Source: a virus (taxonomy: Duplodnaviria > Heunggongvirae > Uroviricota > Caudoviricetes). From it: DNA of 64,000 nt. The notes under the pieces were generated by a model. It saw only the letters and a program-made list of their open reading frames with translations, had not been told where the DNA came from and did not search any database. The position numbers and the translations under genes are program-made. Positions 1 through 9,402 of this stretch are shown here, piece by piece; the stretch's first letter is position 1; every line of letters starts with the position of its first letter. The stretch lies in the IMG/VR virus record IMGVR_UViG_3300044843_000700, positions 1-64,000 of that record, one strand, 5' to 3'.

Positions 1-155
1 AAGTAAGCCTTTGGGCGACCCTTAAGCACCTTCATTAAAGACTCGACTTCATCACGCTTATCAGTCTCATAATAGACCCTTCTTGAACGGTCGTAAATAA
101 GACAGCGCCCTATTCCATCAGAGGAAAACTGGCTGGATTGTATTTTGACAATCAT
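1..155 (-). CDS. hypothetical protein (partial; 3' end lies beyond left edge)
   Basis: Minus-strand frame opens with ATG near 155 (MIVKIQSSQFSSDGIGRCLIYDRS...) and reaches position 1 without a stop; absent from ORF track because it is truncated. Confidence 0.3.
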   Translation of the reverse strand, partial: MIVKIQSSQFSSDGIGRCLIYDRSRRVYYETDKRDEVESLMKVLKGRPKAY

Positions 156-181
156 AACTTAGCTTTTTATGTAGACCTGAA

Positions 182-400
182 TCAGCGGTCACTTCCTGCG
201 GGTTTAATGAGTCCCTGCTCTATCATTGCATTTGCTTGCCGGCCAAACCAGCCTTGGAGACGCCAAGCTAAACCTGTATCAACAAGATGTTGCCAAGCTG
301 CAAGTACTTTCTTTTCATCCTTTTCTTCGATGAAACCTTCGGCTATTCCTATAGCGGTGAAATCATCCCACGCTTTAGAGGTTGTGCTATTGGTGCTCAT
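182..400 (-). CDS. hypothetical protein
   Basis: 72-aa ORF co-directional with the neighbouring minus-strand genes, short overlap with next gene. Confidence 0.35.
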   Translation of the reverse strand: MSTNSTTSKAWDDFTAIGIAEGFIEEKDEKKVLAAWQHLVDTGLAWRLQGWFGRQANAMIEQGLIKPAGSDR

Positions 401-866
401 ACTTGTTGAGTTTAGTTACGAGCTCCGATATGGTAGCTCTGAGATTATTATTTGTCTTCTTTTCCTTCTCGAGTTGAGCGTTGAGTTGTTTGTATAGAGT
501 TTCACTTTTTACTTGCTTGCGTGCGTCACGATCCAGCTCTTGATTATAGTTGATCGTCATCTGCTTGATCTTATCTTCAAGCTCTTCAATGTAAGATTCT
601 TTTTCTCCCAGCTGTCTTTTAAGCTCTTTGAGCATGATGAAGTCTGGTATTTTCTCAGGTGGCGGAGCATCATCTCCTTCTCTTTTCCACCTTATCTGAA
701 GGCTTACCACATCTTTTTCTCGATAGAGCCATTGCTTAGCTCTTTTTACATCTTCTGTGGTATGTTTGTCCTTCACCGGGTACAAAACAAAACGAGCCCC
801 TTTAGGGCCCGTTATGTAAGATTCGTACTCGATCCTTGGATCAGTAAGCGTTTCTTCTAGTATCAT
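387..866 (-). CDS. coiled-coil protein
   Basis: 159 aa, heptad-rich charged sequence (ELEDKIKQMTINYNQELDRDARKQ...), fits operon spacing. Confidence 0.45.
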   Translation of the reverse strand: MILEETLTDPRIEYESYITGPKGARFVLYPVKDKHTTEDVKRAKQWLYREKDVVSLQIRWKREGDDAPPPEKIPDFIMLKELKRQLGEKESYIEELEDKIKQMTINYNQELDRDARKQVKSETLYKQLNAQLEKEKKTNNNLRATISELVTKLNKYEHQ

Positions 867-1174
867 GCTGGCTGCAGTTGTTCTGCTGCTTCCTTCTTAG
901 CTTCCTCCAAGAGTTTCTCTAGTTGCATTTCAAGCAACATGTCGTCTGTAACAACGATTCCAAAACGTCTCGCTGCAAAGTATTGGTAAGGGAAGCAGTC
1001 GTCAATGTTTAATTCCTGAAGCTTGTATCCAAGCATGCCTCCCTGAATGAGCATCTTTGTTACCTCTATAACGGTATACTCCTGACCATGCTTTACCCAC
1101 TTCGATGTAGGGATTCCATCCGGTCGGAATTTGTCATCTATACAGATGACCTTAAAGGGTACTTTGATCTCCAT
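863..1174 (-). CDS. hypothetical protein
   Basis: 103-aa ORF, 4-nt overlap with downstream gene. Confidence 0.4.
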   Translation of the reverse strand: MEIKVPFKVICIDDKFRPDGIPTSKWVKHGQEYTVIEVTKMLIQGGMLGYKLQELNIDDCFPYQYFAARRFGIVVTDDMLLEMQLEKLLEEAKKEAAEQLQPA

Positions 1175-1496
1175 CTTCTGGTGGTGTGTAACCTGGATTC
1201 CATTCCGGGTTTGTTGAATACTGTGCTACGAATTGATTTTTCTCCACAGCTGCTTGACGCAGTTCTTTGTGGTAAGTTTCTTCTGAGCGAGGATCTGTGG
1301 TTTCAGCAGGCTCTCCGAATGGTATCCATTCTTCGTCACACTGTCTTACTCCTACAAATAATCCGGTTGGATGTTGCTCAGTATAAAATTGCAGCCTTCT
1401 CTTGCTGCCATCTTGTTGGGGGATTTCTACTGATGTTACTGGCATAGCGCAAATATAAGGATTAATTAGACTTGACCTTCTTGTCACACCGAACAC
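1152..1496 (-). CDS. hypothetical protein
   Basis: 114-aa ORF in minus-strand gene train. Confidence 0.4.
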   Translation of the reverse strand: MFGVTRRSSLINPYICAMPVTSVEIPQQDGSKRRLQFYTEQHPTGLFVGVRQCDEEWIPFGEPAETTDPRSEETYHKELRQAAVEKNQFVAQYSTNPEWNPGYTPPEDGDQSTL

Positions 1497-1591
1497 ATTT
1501 CCAGGTTGGGACTCCGGTCTTTTTTCCGGAGCCCTTCATCATCTGGAATACGTGTAGTTCACCTGAAGGACAGTGTCTTTTGTCAAAACCT

Positions 1592-1807
1592 TCAAGAGCC
1601 TTTGCTAGAGCCCCTATTCCTTCCTTCTGATTCATGATGCAAATATAGTCTGTTTATGAATGCATCAGCTGCTCTAACGGCTTTGTCTGCCACCTTATCA
1701 TAATCGACATTACCTTGGTTATCTTTAAGGTTGATGTCCATAAGCATTGTGTCGTAGATTCGTTGAGCAGTTTCGTATCGGCGCTGATCTTTTAGTGAAT
1801 CCTCCAT
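1592..1807 (-). CDS. hypothetical protein
   Basis: 71-aa ORF; downstream stem-loop (ggactccgg..ccggagccc) near 1515-1545. Confidence 0.35.
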   Translation of the reverse strand: MEDSLKDQRRYETAQRIYDTMLMDINLKDNQGNVDYDKVADKAVRAADAFINRLYLHHESEGRNRGSSKGS

Positions 1808-2163
1808 ATGCGAGCGTTCACATAGTTACCCTGGTTATCCTTGAAGGTTTTCAGAGTGATTGCAAAATTCTTGGGGAATCTGCTGTCTTCCGCGATAAGA
1901 CGTCTCACACCTAATACAAGGTTTGATGCATCCGATGCTTTCTCAGCAATACTCTTAGGAATAAGAATAGAGACTTCTTTATCGACAGGAAGCTCTTTCA
2001 CTCGCTCAAGCAGCTGTTGAATATGCAAGCTTGATGAAGAGCGATTAGCTGTTAATACAACACCTGACTCAATCTCGAAAGGATTATCTCCGAGATCAGC
2101 CTTCTTTACAGCGACAGACTTTACTGGCTTTTTAGCCCCAGCAGGCTTTCTTCTGTTTGACAT
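1792..2163 (-). CDS. hypothetical protein (basic N-terminus)
   Basis: 123 aa, Lys/Arg-rich N-terminal 25 residues (MSNRRKPAGAKKPVKSVAVKK). Confidence 0.4.
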   Translation of the reverse strand: MSNRRKPAGAKKPVKSVAVKKADLGDNPFEIESGVVLTANRSSSSLHIQQLLERVKELPVDKEVSILIPKSIAEKASDASNLVLGVRRLIAEDSRFPKNFAITLKTFKDNQGNYVNARIWRIH

Positions 2164-2184
2164 AGCGATGATTTTTAGAAATTA

Positions 2185-2300
2185 GTACTACCGGCAGGAG
2201 TCGAACCTGCATGACCGTCGTCACCTGATCAAGGTCCTACCCTCAAGGAGTAGAGTCTTTATCCCTACGTACCACTCAGCTGAGCATTATTAGGTGCCGG
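2185..2300 (-). other. tRNA-like element (T-arm plus acceptor 3' strand; no complete cloverleaf resolved)
   Basis: Reverse complement carries GCAGG-TTCGACT-CCTGC followed by CGGTAGT, a canonical T-stem-loop plus acceptor 3' strand; a 6-bp CCGGCA/TGCCGG helix closes about 110 nt; no standard D or anticodon arm found by eye. Confidence 0.3.
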
Positions 2301-2354
2301 GAAGCACATGCCGCGCTTCAAAGTGGAGCGTCTGCCAATTCCGCCACGGTAGCT

Positions 2355-3452
2355 TTACCATTGCTGGTAAGAAATTTTGCTAGGATCTCTGTCTTCAAGA
2401 GCAGATTTGACCCACCTTTCATCAACAGTATCTCGATAGCATAGGATATGGATTGTTGCGACATCATCCGGATTTAATCTCAGCAATCTTCCGATTCTCT
2501 GAGAAGCTTTTCGCTCGTTTCCATAAGCATGCAGGATTATACCCTCTCTAAGATTAGGGATATTTACACCTTCATTCAACTGTAGTACAGCTGAGAGTCG
2601 GTTTATTTCTCCCTTCTTAAATAGGATGAGGTTATCCTCTGAATCAGGGTTACCGCTATGGTAACTGTGAGAACACAATCTGTCTGCTTGATCCTGCGTA
2701 TTAGCAAAGATTATGTGTTTGTCCGTTATTCGAGAGGCAATTTTTGCTGCTAGTACTTCCTTACTTGGAAAATCCATCATAGACTTCATCCTCATCACAC
2801 TCATGATTTGCTGTTCTTTTTTGTGAGCAGCTGCATCAAGTCTTTGACTCCAGTACTGATAAGTTGCAAGTTCAGACGTATACCATACTTTTCCTTTACG
2901 CTCTACACGCATAGTCTTGTTAGGATCTAGCGAGAGCATATGGATGATGATCTTGTAGTCGTTCAATACCTTATCACCTACTGCATCCTCCATCTCATAC
3001 TCATACACAATAGGGCAAAACTGGGAAACCATCTTGCCTTTTTCGGATTTCTCCCAACGAGGCGGTGTTCCTGTTAAACCTAAGATCTTGCCGGTATGAT
3101 TCCTCAACCATTCTTCGTGAGTATACAATAACGAGTGACATTCATCAAGGTAGACTACATCGTAATCGCTATCCTGTTTTGGAAGAGATAGGTAAGTAGT
3201 AAAGTGCATATGTGGTATAAGGTACTCATAGCCGTATTGTTTAGCCTGTTCTATCCACTCATCGTGTATAGAGATCTTCGGTGCAACAATCAAAAACTTG
3301 GAGTAGTCTGTGTAATTTTCAGCCATGTGCTTAATACCAAGTAAGGTTTTTCCAACACCCATTGATAAATACACACCGGCTCTTCGTAGAGGTAGTACTT
3401 TAGCAAGAGCTTCACCTTGTACGCGGGTTTTGATTTGGTCTCTTGTTTCCAT
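2355..3452 (-). CDS. superfamily-2 DEXH-box helicase
   Basis: Walker A SMGVGKT, Walker B VVYLDECH, motif III GLTGTP, motif VI QRIGRLLR in conserved order. Confidence 0.7.
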   Translation of the reverse strand: METRDQIKTRVQGEALAKVLPLRRAGVYLSMGVGKTLLGIKHMAENYTDYSKFLIVAPKISIHDEWIEQAKQYGYEYLIPHMHFTTYLSLPKQDSDYDVVYLDECHSLLYTHEEWLRNHTGKILGLTGTPPRWEKSEKGKMVSQFCPIVYEYEMEDAVGDKVLNDYKIIIHMLSLDPNKTMRVERKGKVWYTSELATYQYWSQRLDAAAHKKEQQIMSVMRMKSMMDFPSKEVLAAKIASRITDKHIIFANTQDQADRLCSHSYHSGNPDSEDNLILFKKGEINRLSAVLQLNEGVNIPNLREGIILHAYGNERKASQRIGRLLRLNPDDVATIHILCYRDTVDERWVKSALEDRDPSKISYQQW

Positions 3453-3463
3453 GCTATAGTTGT

Positions 3464-3802
3464 TTAGTAGATTCTCCTGAAGTATAGTTCAGTTGGCATA
3501 TAACCACCGAACACGAATTTGGTGACATCGCATAACCAGATCTCCTTAGGGAAATCTTTGTTACCATATGTCTTGTATATCGCTCCTCCTTCTTTTGGCG
3601 TATGCTCTTTTAGAGTGAGACGATAGAAATCATCGATTGGTGCTTGAGCTACTTTTAAAGATACCTTATCAGCTCCTAGAGCTAATGCATCCAAAAGTTT
3701 GTCAGCTCCGGCAACCATGGCCAGGTCAGCTTTGCTTCCTGTCCATTCAGGTAGGACGATGAACCATCCTGCTTTTTCCTTTTCAAAGTGTAGTGTTTTC
3801 AT
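3464..3802 (-). CDS. hypothetical protein
   Basis: 112-aa ORF abutting helicase gene. Confidence 0.4.
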   Translation of the reverse strand: MKTLHFEKEKAGWFIVLPEWTGSKADLAMVAGADKLLDALALGADKVSLKVAQAPIDDFYRLTLKEHTPKEGGAIYKTYGNKDFPKEIWLCDVTKFVFGGYMPTELYFRRIY

Positions 3803-4215
3803 GACTCTGCTTTTGGTGTCATATCTGCTACAGGCAATCCTAAAGCTTTGGCCAAAGAAATATCGATAAAAGCCGCTCCTTTATCGCAGACGTCTTCTGT
3901 AAATATTTCTCGAGCTTTGTCCATTCGCAGTACCCATTGATGGCCAGATCGCCAAGGATTATCTTTATCATCAGTCTTTTCTTCTATTACACCGATGATG
4001 AGAAATCCCTTGCTCATTAGGTCTTTACATTGATCGCAGGGTTCAGGAAGAAATCCGATCACCTTGCCATGCATTGCTTCTACCTTTTCAGCCATGGATA
4101 CAGTCAGCCTTGTATTCATCACAATTGGTCCATCATAAATGGTTCCGCATAGACGACAGGCTTCTTTGACTAAAGCTACTCCTAGTTCATTTTTCTTGCT
4201 CATAACTGTTGACAA
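3799..4215 (-). CDS. dCMP/cytidine-deaminase-like zinc-binding protein
   Basis: C-terminal PCDQCKDLM fits the deaminase P-C-x2-C-x3-[LIVM] zinc motif; upstream (M)AE in place of HAE; N-terminal CRLC; divergent. Confidence 0.4.
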   Translation of the reverse strand: MSTVMSKKNELGVALVKEACRLCGTIYDGPIVMNTRLTVSMAEKVEAMHGKVIGFLPEPCDQCKDLMSKGFLIIGVIEEKTDDKDNPWRSGHQWVLRMDKAREIFTEDVCDKGAAFIDISLAKALGLPVADMTPKAES

Positions 4216-4216
4216 A

Positions 4217-4519
4217 TTAGCCTGTGAATGCTTCCCGGCATTGTAGGAAGTCGAGCTCTATGACTCGATTGAATTGTTTGTACGCTGGTGTGAAACCGTA
4301 TACGTCATAGATCATAACGGTTGCTTGTTCTATTCTCTCACAGCCAAAGCCTCCGTCATTGACGGAGCGCTTAATGGCGTTGTGAGTTAATTTTAAAGCA
4401 GGTATAAAGACAGGCGTCATCGACACTGTACCTATCGCTCCACCCCAGGCTTTGATCAGGACTTCACCTCTGATCTCGTACCCTCGATGATCGAGAGATA
4501 TCTGTTTTAGCTTACCCAT
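4217..4519 (-). CDS. hypothetical protein
   Basis: 100-aa ORF, 2-nt spacing to neighbours. Confidence 0.35.
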   Translation of the reverse strand: MGKLKQISLDHRGYEIRGEVLIKAWGGAIGTVSMTPVFIPALKLTHNAIKRSVNDGGFGCERIEQATVMIYDVYGFTPAYKQFNRVIELDFLQCREAFTG

Positions 4520-4520
4520 G

Positions 4521-4742
4521 TTAGATTTTACTCACATTGGTAGCTTGATCACCTTTCTTTCCTTTGGTGACCTCGAAGGTTACACGATCTCCGGTTTTGA
4601 TGTCACCCTTACAATTTGTGATGTGCACAAATACTTCTGTTTGGGATGCGTCATCTGTGATGAAGCCGTAGCCTTTGTCTTCTTTGAAGAACTTTACTGT
4701 TCCAGTTTTCATTTGGTTAATGTTACTCTTGTCGATCGCCAA
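4521..4742 (-). CDS. cold-shock domain protein (CspA family)
   Basis: GTVKFFKEDKGYGFI (RNP1-like), VFVH (RNP2-like), 73 aa, full-length CSD match. Confidence 0.85.
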   Translation of the reverse strand: MAIDKSNINQMKTGTVKFFKEDKGYGFITDDASQTEVFVHITNCKGDIKTGDRVTFEVTKGKKGDQATNVSKI

Positions 4743-4792
4743 TAGTTATTCTGCAAGATCAGGACGATCGTTACTGTTCCTGCAGGTTGAGA

Positions 4793-5809
4793 TTAATTGA
4801 TGTTGCTCTCTATGCTCTCGCGAAGAGATTCGGCCATTGCTGTGTAGTTCTCACTTAAGAGATCATCAAATCGTCCTTTACACTTACCGTTTTTCTCAGA
4901 CCAGTTCATGTTTTCGATTATCTCCAGCTTTGGTTCAGTACCTTCACGATTGATCTTGTAGAAGATCTTAGACTCCTGGTTGTGGGTTTCAAAGCCTACC
5001 ATGAGTACTTCTATTCGATCTGGAGCTTCAGAGGGACGTGCAGTATCTTTGCGATAGTTGCCATTCTCATCAAGGACTTTATCCTTGTCTTCAATGGGCA
5101 CCACACGCATCCAGCCTTCAAAGGCTGTAGCAATCGCGATCACCTTGTGCTGCTTACTAAACTCGCGAAGGATTTCAGCAGCTTGCTCTTTACCTTCATC
5201 ATTTGTAAACAGTTGTCCGATACCGTTGATTATTCCAAACTTAGTTTTACCCTCGCTTCTCTCAAGTACAAACACGATAGGACGAATTTCTTTATGCTCT
5301 TGGAAGAATCCTTCTACAAAGCTTTGAATGTCCGCTCGAAATTGTGTCATGTCTTGGGCGAAGATTTCTTGTACCGTCTTCATTATACTTTTACTCTTTT
5401 TTCTGGCTTCTTTTGCCAGTCGCTTCTTTCGAAGCTCGTTAATACTTAGTTCAGCCATGAGAATGTTTTCATCGTCCGGAGACTTCAACATCATCTCAAA
5501 GTTTGTGCGTTCCTCATCTGTTATAATCTGAGCAGCATGCAGCTTCTCGATTTCTTTTGGTAACAAAATCCTGGCAGTTCTTGTATCACGTTTTATGTGG
5601 TCGTTGTAAACGAACTCATGAGTCTGACCAGCTCTTTTGCCGGTTGCAAACGTGTGCTTATACTTCCACTGATTTTTACCTTTGAGCCAACGCATGAGCT
5701 TTGTGTTGAGCAGAATCTCCAACTTTTGTGGGTCTCCGCCTACCATTTGAGATAACTTGGCTTTCATTACCTCATATTCATCACGAGCAATCTTGTCTTG
5801 AACATCCAT
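4793..5809 (-). CDS. hypothetical protein
   Basis: 338-aa ORF, no recognisable motif. Confidence 0.45.
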   Translation of the reverse strand: MDVQDKIARDEYEVMKAKLSQMVGGDPQKLEILLNTKLMRWLKGKNQWKYKHTFATGKRAGQTHEFVYNDHIKRDTRTARILLPKEIEKLHAAQIITDEERTNFEMMLKSPDDENILMAELSINELRKKRLAKEARKKSKSIMKTVQEIFAQDMTQFRADIQSFVEGFFQEHKEIRPIVFVLERSEGKTKFGIINGIGQLFTNDEGKEQAAEILREFSKQHKVIAIATAFEGWMRVVPIEDKDKVLDENGNYRKDTARPSEAPDRIEVLMVGFETHNQESKIFYKINREGTEPKLEIIENMNWSEKNGKCKGRFDDLLSENYTAMAESLRESIESNIN

Positions 5810-6108
5810 TAGTGACTCCTTTCTCTCCGTTGGAATTTACTAGGAGCTAATCCAGCCATAGCAGATATAGCCATGTAGATGTTTTCGTGATCAGGTGACT
5901 GAAGCATCTTTGATAGATTAGCTTTTTCTTCAGGTGTAATACGCTTTTCAAGTTCAAGCTTTACTAGCGCTTGCCCGATCCTTTCTCTATCGCGACGATT
6001 GCGTTGATAAACATTTGCCCAAATTTCAGGAGATCTACCAGGTACCCACTTAGTCTTCCAGAAGTTCTTCATGACCCTCTTTAGATAAGTCTTACTTGGA
6101 TACTCCAC
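5809..6108 (-). CDS. hypothetical protein
   Basis: 99-aa ORF, 1-nt overlap with upstream gene. Confidence 0.4.
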   Translation of the reverse strand: MEYPSKTYLKRVMKNFWKTKWVPGRSPEIWANVYQRNRRDRERIGQALVKLELEKRITPEEKANLSKMLQSPDHENIYMAISAMAGLAPSKFQRRERSH

Positions 6109-6412
6109 GCTTACCTCCTTTCAAGGCTTTCATGCACTTTTCTAGGTCTTCATAGACATAGTGAGTGTCATGGTGGACTTCCTGCTTAGGATGACCCACA
6201 ACGCTTAATACAGGTCGAATTTGACCGTTTACTCTTTCGTATGTGCGCACAGTAGCAACAAGCACACGACAGTTAAGATTTTCATCGATGTACTTGCGAT
6301 GAATAGCGTACATCTTGGAACCTATCTTAGGGAGTTCCTTCTTCTTGCTCATTCTGATTATGCTTTGATAATGAAAGCCCCATTTCCCGGGCTTCCTTCG
6401 GGTGTGTTTCAA
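6092..6412 (-). CDS. hypothetical protein
   Basis: 106-aa basic ORF. Confidence 0.35.
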   Translation of the reverse strand: MKHTRRKPGKWGFHYQSIIRMSKKKELPKIGSKMYAIHRKYIDENLNCRVLVATVRTYERVNGQIRPVLSVVGHPKQEVHHDTHYVYEDLEKCMKALKGGKRGVSK

Positions 6413-6770
6413 TCCACGTGTGACAACTGCGACACGCGGCTAACCAATATTTTTCGTCGAGGTAAAGACTTCCTGTACGACCAGCTTTGTGGTGAACATC
6501 GGTTGCATGTTGAGTACAGATTCCTAACAGATGAGCTTCACACATCGGATGCTTCAATAGAAACACCCTTCTCTTCTGAGAATATTCTGCTTCCTCTTTT
6601 ATGCGTTTTTGGGAACGATGAGGAAGCGCTTTCCGTTTCGCCGTTGGTTTAGGCTGAGTAGTAACTGAATGAGCACTCCAGCACTGCTTACAGTAACGCT
6701 TCCCCTGGTGATTTTTCCAAATCACCTTATCATTCCCGCAACCATCACACAGTTTCTTCTTTGCCTTCAT
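6327..6770 (-). CDS. HNH endonuclease
   Basis: CDGCGN...CKQCW zinc knuckle plus DVHHKAGRTGSLYLDEKYWLAACRSCHTWIE (HH...N/D...H core). Confidence 0.5.
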   Translation of the reverse strand: MKAKKKLCDGCGNDKVIWKNHQGKRYCKQCWSAHSVTTQPKPTAKRKALPHRSQKRIKEEAEYSQKRRVFLLKHPMCEAHLLGICTQHATDVHHKAGRTGSLYLDEKYWLAACRSCHTWIETHPKEAREMGLSLSKHNQNEQEEGTP

Positions 6771-6984
6771 CTTCTTTACTTGGTTCTTCTTCCTTCTTGT
6801 TGCCAGTTTTCTTGGCTACAAGAATTCCGTTGCGGAAGGTCTTGTTCAGCACTACAACGCTTGACCGAATCTCGGTTAGCTCATTGTCCTGCTTCATCAT
6901 TTGCTTGAGCAAATGCTCTTCCATTTCGTTTTCGGGGGTAAGCAGTAGCGATACGCCACCGTTCACCAAAAATTCTAATTGCAT
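6745..6984 (-). CDS. hypothetical protein
   Basis: 79-aa ORF; overlaps HNH gene 5' end, weaker call. Confidence 0.3.
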   Translation of the reverse strand: MQLEFLVNGGVSLLLTPENEMEEHLLKQMMKQDNELTEIRSSVVVLNKTFRNGILVAKKTGNKKEEEPSKEDEGKEETV

Positions 6985-7487
6985 ACTGGGTCCGGTTTGA
7001 GTTCGTAGAAATTGTGTGGAAGGATACCCTCATTAATGAGTTTATCCACTACCTGCCTCTTGTCAATCTTTAAGGCTTCGAGACTAATGCTGCACTTGAA
7101 TTCTGGATCTATGGTTGTACTCTCTACAAGAGACTTTGTGAGAGGACTCTTAGGAAAGTACTTGGTGAAAAAGTTGTTGGTGAATTGGTTAATGAGTTGT
7201 TGTTTCCAGACATTCAGCACAATTCGTGTCCTCTTGTGCACTTTCTTGATACGCGCTCTTTGGTCTTTGCGCATATCTTTGATCTCCGATTGCGTGTACA
7301 CACTCAATCCAAACAGGGCTCTGTGGTAGAGGAAATTTTGCCGGCTATTGAGATGATCATGCTCTATCTGCTGATACCTCTTACCGCGATATAGAGTTCC
7401 TTCTACCTGGTAGTCGCTTAGTCTACCTTGATAATCCGCCTTTCCAGGTGGCGGAAAAACCTGCTTTGATGGGTGTTTTTTTGTCAT
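6975..7487 (-). CDS. hypothetical protein
   Basis: 170-aa ORF. Confidence 0.4.
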   Translation of the reverse strand: MTKKHPSKQVFPPPGKADYQGRLSDYQVEGTLYRGKRYQQIEHDHLNSRQNFLYHRALFGLSVYTQSEIKDMRKDQRARIKKVHKRTRIVLNVWKQQLINQFTNNFFTKYFPKSPLTKSLVESTTIDPEFKCSISLEALKIDKRQVVDKLINEGILPHNFYELKPDPVCN

Positions 7488-7592
7488 AGGTGATGGTTTA
7501 ACTGATTCAACATTCGCAAAATTCTTTGTGGCGACAGAAAAAAAAGAGAGGCATAGGGGTGTTTAGTCCCTACGCCTCATCTTCTTATTCGA

Positions 7593-8108
7593 TTACAGCT
7601 TGTCGATAGACTCGCCTGAAGCTTTCTTTGCTTCAGCAAGTTCAGCATAAGCCGCTTTGATGGCATCGCCATTGTTGTGCTCGATGGTCTCATCGTGAGC
7701 GTTCACATTTAAGGTGTAGAACGACTTACGGTAGATTGGTTGACCGTCAAGGCAACATACTACTTTCGTTTCTCCAGCGATCTTGTAATCGCGTTCAGGA
7801 TCTTCAGTATTGAAGGGCTCAAAGCGCTCCTTTACGATGATCTTTCCTTCTACTTCCTGATCCTTAGACCAGCCAAACCCTTTCAGGTCAGCAATGGTAC
7901 CCGGGATAAGGGCAGAAACAGGTTTTCTACGAGCAAATCCGCGCTCGTCAATCACCATACGTGTTTGTTCAACACGAATGTGACCCCACTCAGGGTTGTT
8001 TTTTGATGGAACAATAACGTTCCCGGCCGCATCAGCGGTTACTCTTACTTTCGAGTTCATGGTAAATTGATTTTGTGAGTTGATTATTGAGAGCTGGCTT
8101 GGGTGCAT
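7593..8108 (-). CDS. hypothetical protein
   Basis: 171-aa ORF. Confidence 0.45.
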   Translation of the reverse strand: MHPSQLSIINSQNQFTMNSKVRVTADAAGNVIVPSKNNPEWGHIRVEQTRMVIDERGFARRKPVSALIPGTIADLKGFGWSKDQEVEGKIIVKERFEPFNTEDPERDYKIAGETKVVCCLDGQPIYRKSFYTLNVNAHDETIEHNNGDAIKAAYAELAEAKKASGESIDKL

Positions 8109-8174
8109 ATAAATGCAAAAGACCGGCAGCTCATCCGGTCTTATAATAGTTGTCGTTGTCAGGAAACGACGAGG

Positions 8175-8555
8175 CTATACTGGAGAATCATCAGGAAAGT
8201 CAGGGAACTCTTCTTCATAAGAAGGTTCTTCTGAACCAGAAGGCCCGAGTGGTTCGTCAAGCTCTGGCATATAGTCGATAGAAGGATCAATCTCTTCTTC
8301 GTCTTCTTCTGATGGTTTTTGTCTACGCTTTTTGATAGCGGAGCCGTGCCAAGGAGACGTCGGGTGGTCCCCGGCATTAACACTCATGAGGTATTGGATA
8401 TCCTGATCAGTAAGATCTAGATATTCTTCTACAGATAAGTGTATGATCTTGCCATTTGGTAGTTGATAGATCATGGTTCCCGTTGCAAATATAGCAAAGT
8501 TTGCGACACGGGCAAATGTTTTTTCAGGTGGTGAGTTGGAGTGCGAGTTGAGCAA
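8175..8555 (-). CDS. acidic protein with Asp/Glu/Pro-rich tail
   Basis: 126 aa; C-terminal 45 residues about 50 percent D/E (EEDEEEIDPSIDYMPELDEP...). Confidence 0.4.
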   Translation of the reverse strand: MLNSHSNSPPEKTFARVANFAIFATGTMIYQLPNGKIIHLSVEEYLDLTDQDIQYLMSVNAGDHPTSPWHGSAIKKRRQKPSEEDEEEIDPSIDYMPELDEPLGPSGSEEPSYEEEFPDFPDDSPV

Positions 8556-8745
8556 GGAGGATGATAGTAAGGACAGTCGCCCAGATTCTGAGCGTGCGGA
8601 TCTTTCTCTTAGTCTCTCTCATGTGATTTTCAACAATGGTAAACTTTCGATCCGTCATGTCCCGGTAGTCTGTGAATTTGTTCAGGTATACATAGCGTTT
8701 GTGCGCTTTACTTGAGCCTGAAGAATTTTCCTTCTCTTGTGACAT
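8524..8745 (-). CDS. small membrane-anchored protein
   Basis: 73 aa with C-terminal hydrophobic helix (IWATVLTIILLAQLALQL). Confidence 0.3.
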   Translation of the reverse strand: MSQEKENSSGSSKAHKRYVYLNKFTDYRDMTDRKFTIVENHMRETKRKIRTLRIWATVLTIILLAQLALQLTT

Positions 8746-8947
8746 AGTCGTTCTCTTTAAGTTCTTTAAGCAGTCGCTCTATTGTGCGCACTGATGTTCC
8801 AGCCTCTGCGGCCAGAGTGTTCATGGATGGATAGCACTTCCTTTCTTGGTCAGCATACTTTGACAGGATAGCGTATAATCCTTTTGCTCTTAGCGAGAGG
8901 TTCGGGTCGGATACGATATCGCTGTTTACGATGCCAAACTTTTCCAT
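8708..8947 (-). CDS. helix-turn-helix transcriptional regulator
   Basis: PSMNTLAAEAGTSVRTIERLLKELKENDYV resembles winged-HTH recognition segment. Confidence 0.45.
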   Translation of the reverse strand: MEKFGIVNSDIVSDPNLSLRAKGLYAILSKYADQERKCYPSMNTLAAEAGTSVRTIERLLKELKENDYVTREGKFFRLK

Positions 8948-8958
8948 GTTATCAGGTA

Positions 8959-9402
8959 TTATTGGTCAAGGGGATATTCGTCCACAGGAAATATTGCAGA
9001 TTCTTCTACATCTGTAGTGTCCTCTCCTTCTTTTCCTGAAGAGTCAAGATAAGTATACTTTACAGTGTACGGCTTCTCTTGAGTTTTGATGAGCTTGGTT
9101 ATCATACAGGTTATTCGACCTTGTTTGATCATACCAGCTTCCGTCATCTTTTCATCGTCTATTCTCCATGTATAGAGACTTGACTTGTTTACGAGTACCT
9201 TTTGCCCGACCTTGAATTTGAATTCATCTTTCAGTCCGCTGAAGGACTTGTACAGTTGTGAGAGACCCACTTCTGTCACCGACAAGTTGTCGACGATTAC
9301 TTGGGATATCAAGTCGGAGTGTTCAGAACCCAGCATCTTTTTTAGCTGGGTTCTGATTTGCTCCTTGTGAATCTTTACCTGTATGTAGTCTTTATTGCTC
9401 AC
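8959..9402 (-). CDS. hypothetical protein
   Basis: 147-aa ORF. Confidence 0.4.
   Translation of the reverse strand: MSNKDYIQVKIHKEQIRTQLKKMLGSEHSDLISQVIVDNLSVTEVGLSQLYKSFSGLKDEFKFKVGQKVLVNKSSLYTWRIDDEKMTEAGMIKQGRITCMITKLIKTQEKPYTVKYTYLDSSGKEGEDTTDVEESAIFPVDEYPLDQ

Noticed and set aside
2185-2300. Full-length minus-strand tRNA call
   Set aside because: Could not pair a 5' acceptor strand or build D/anticodon arms; downgraded to tRNA-like element
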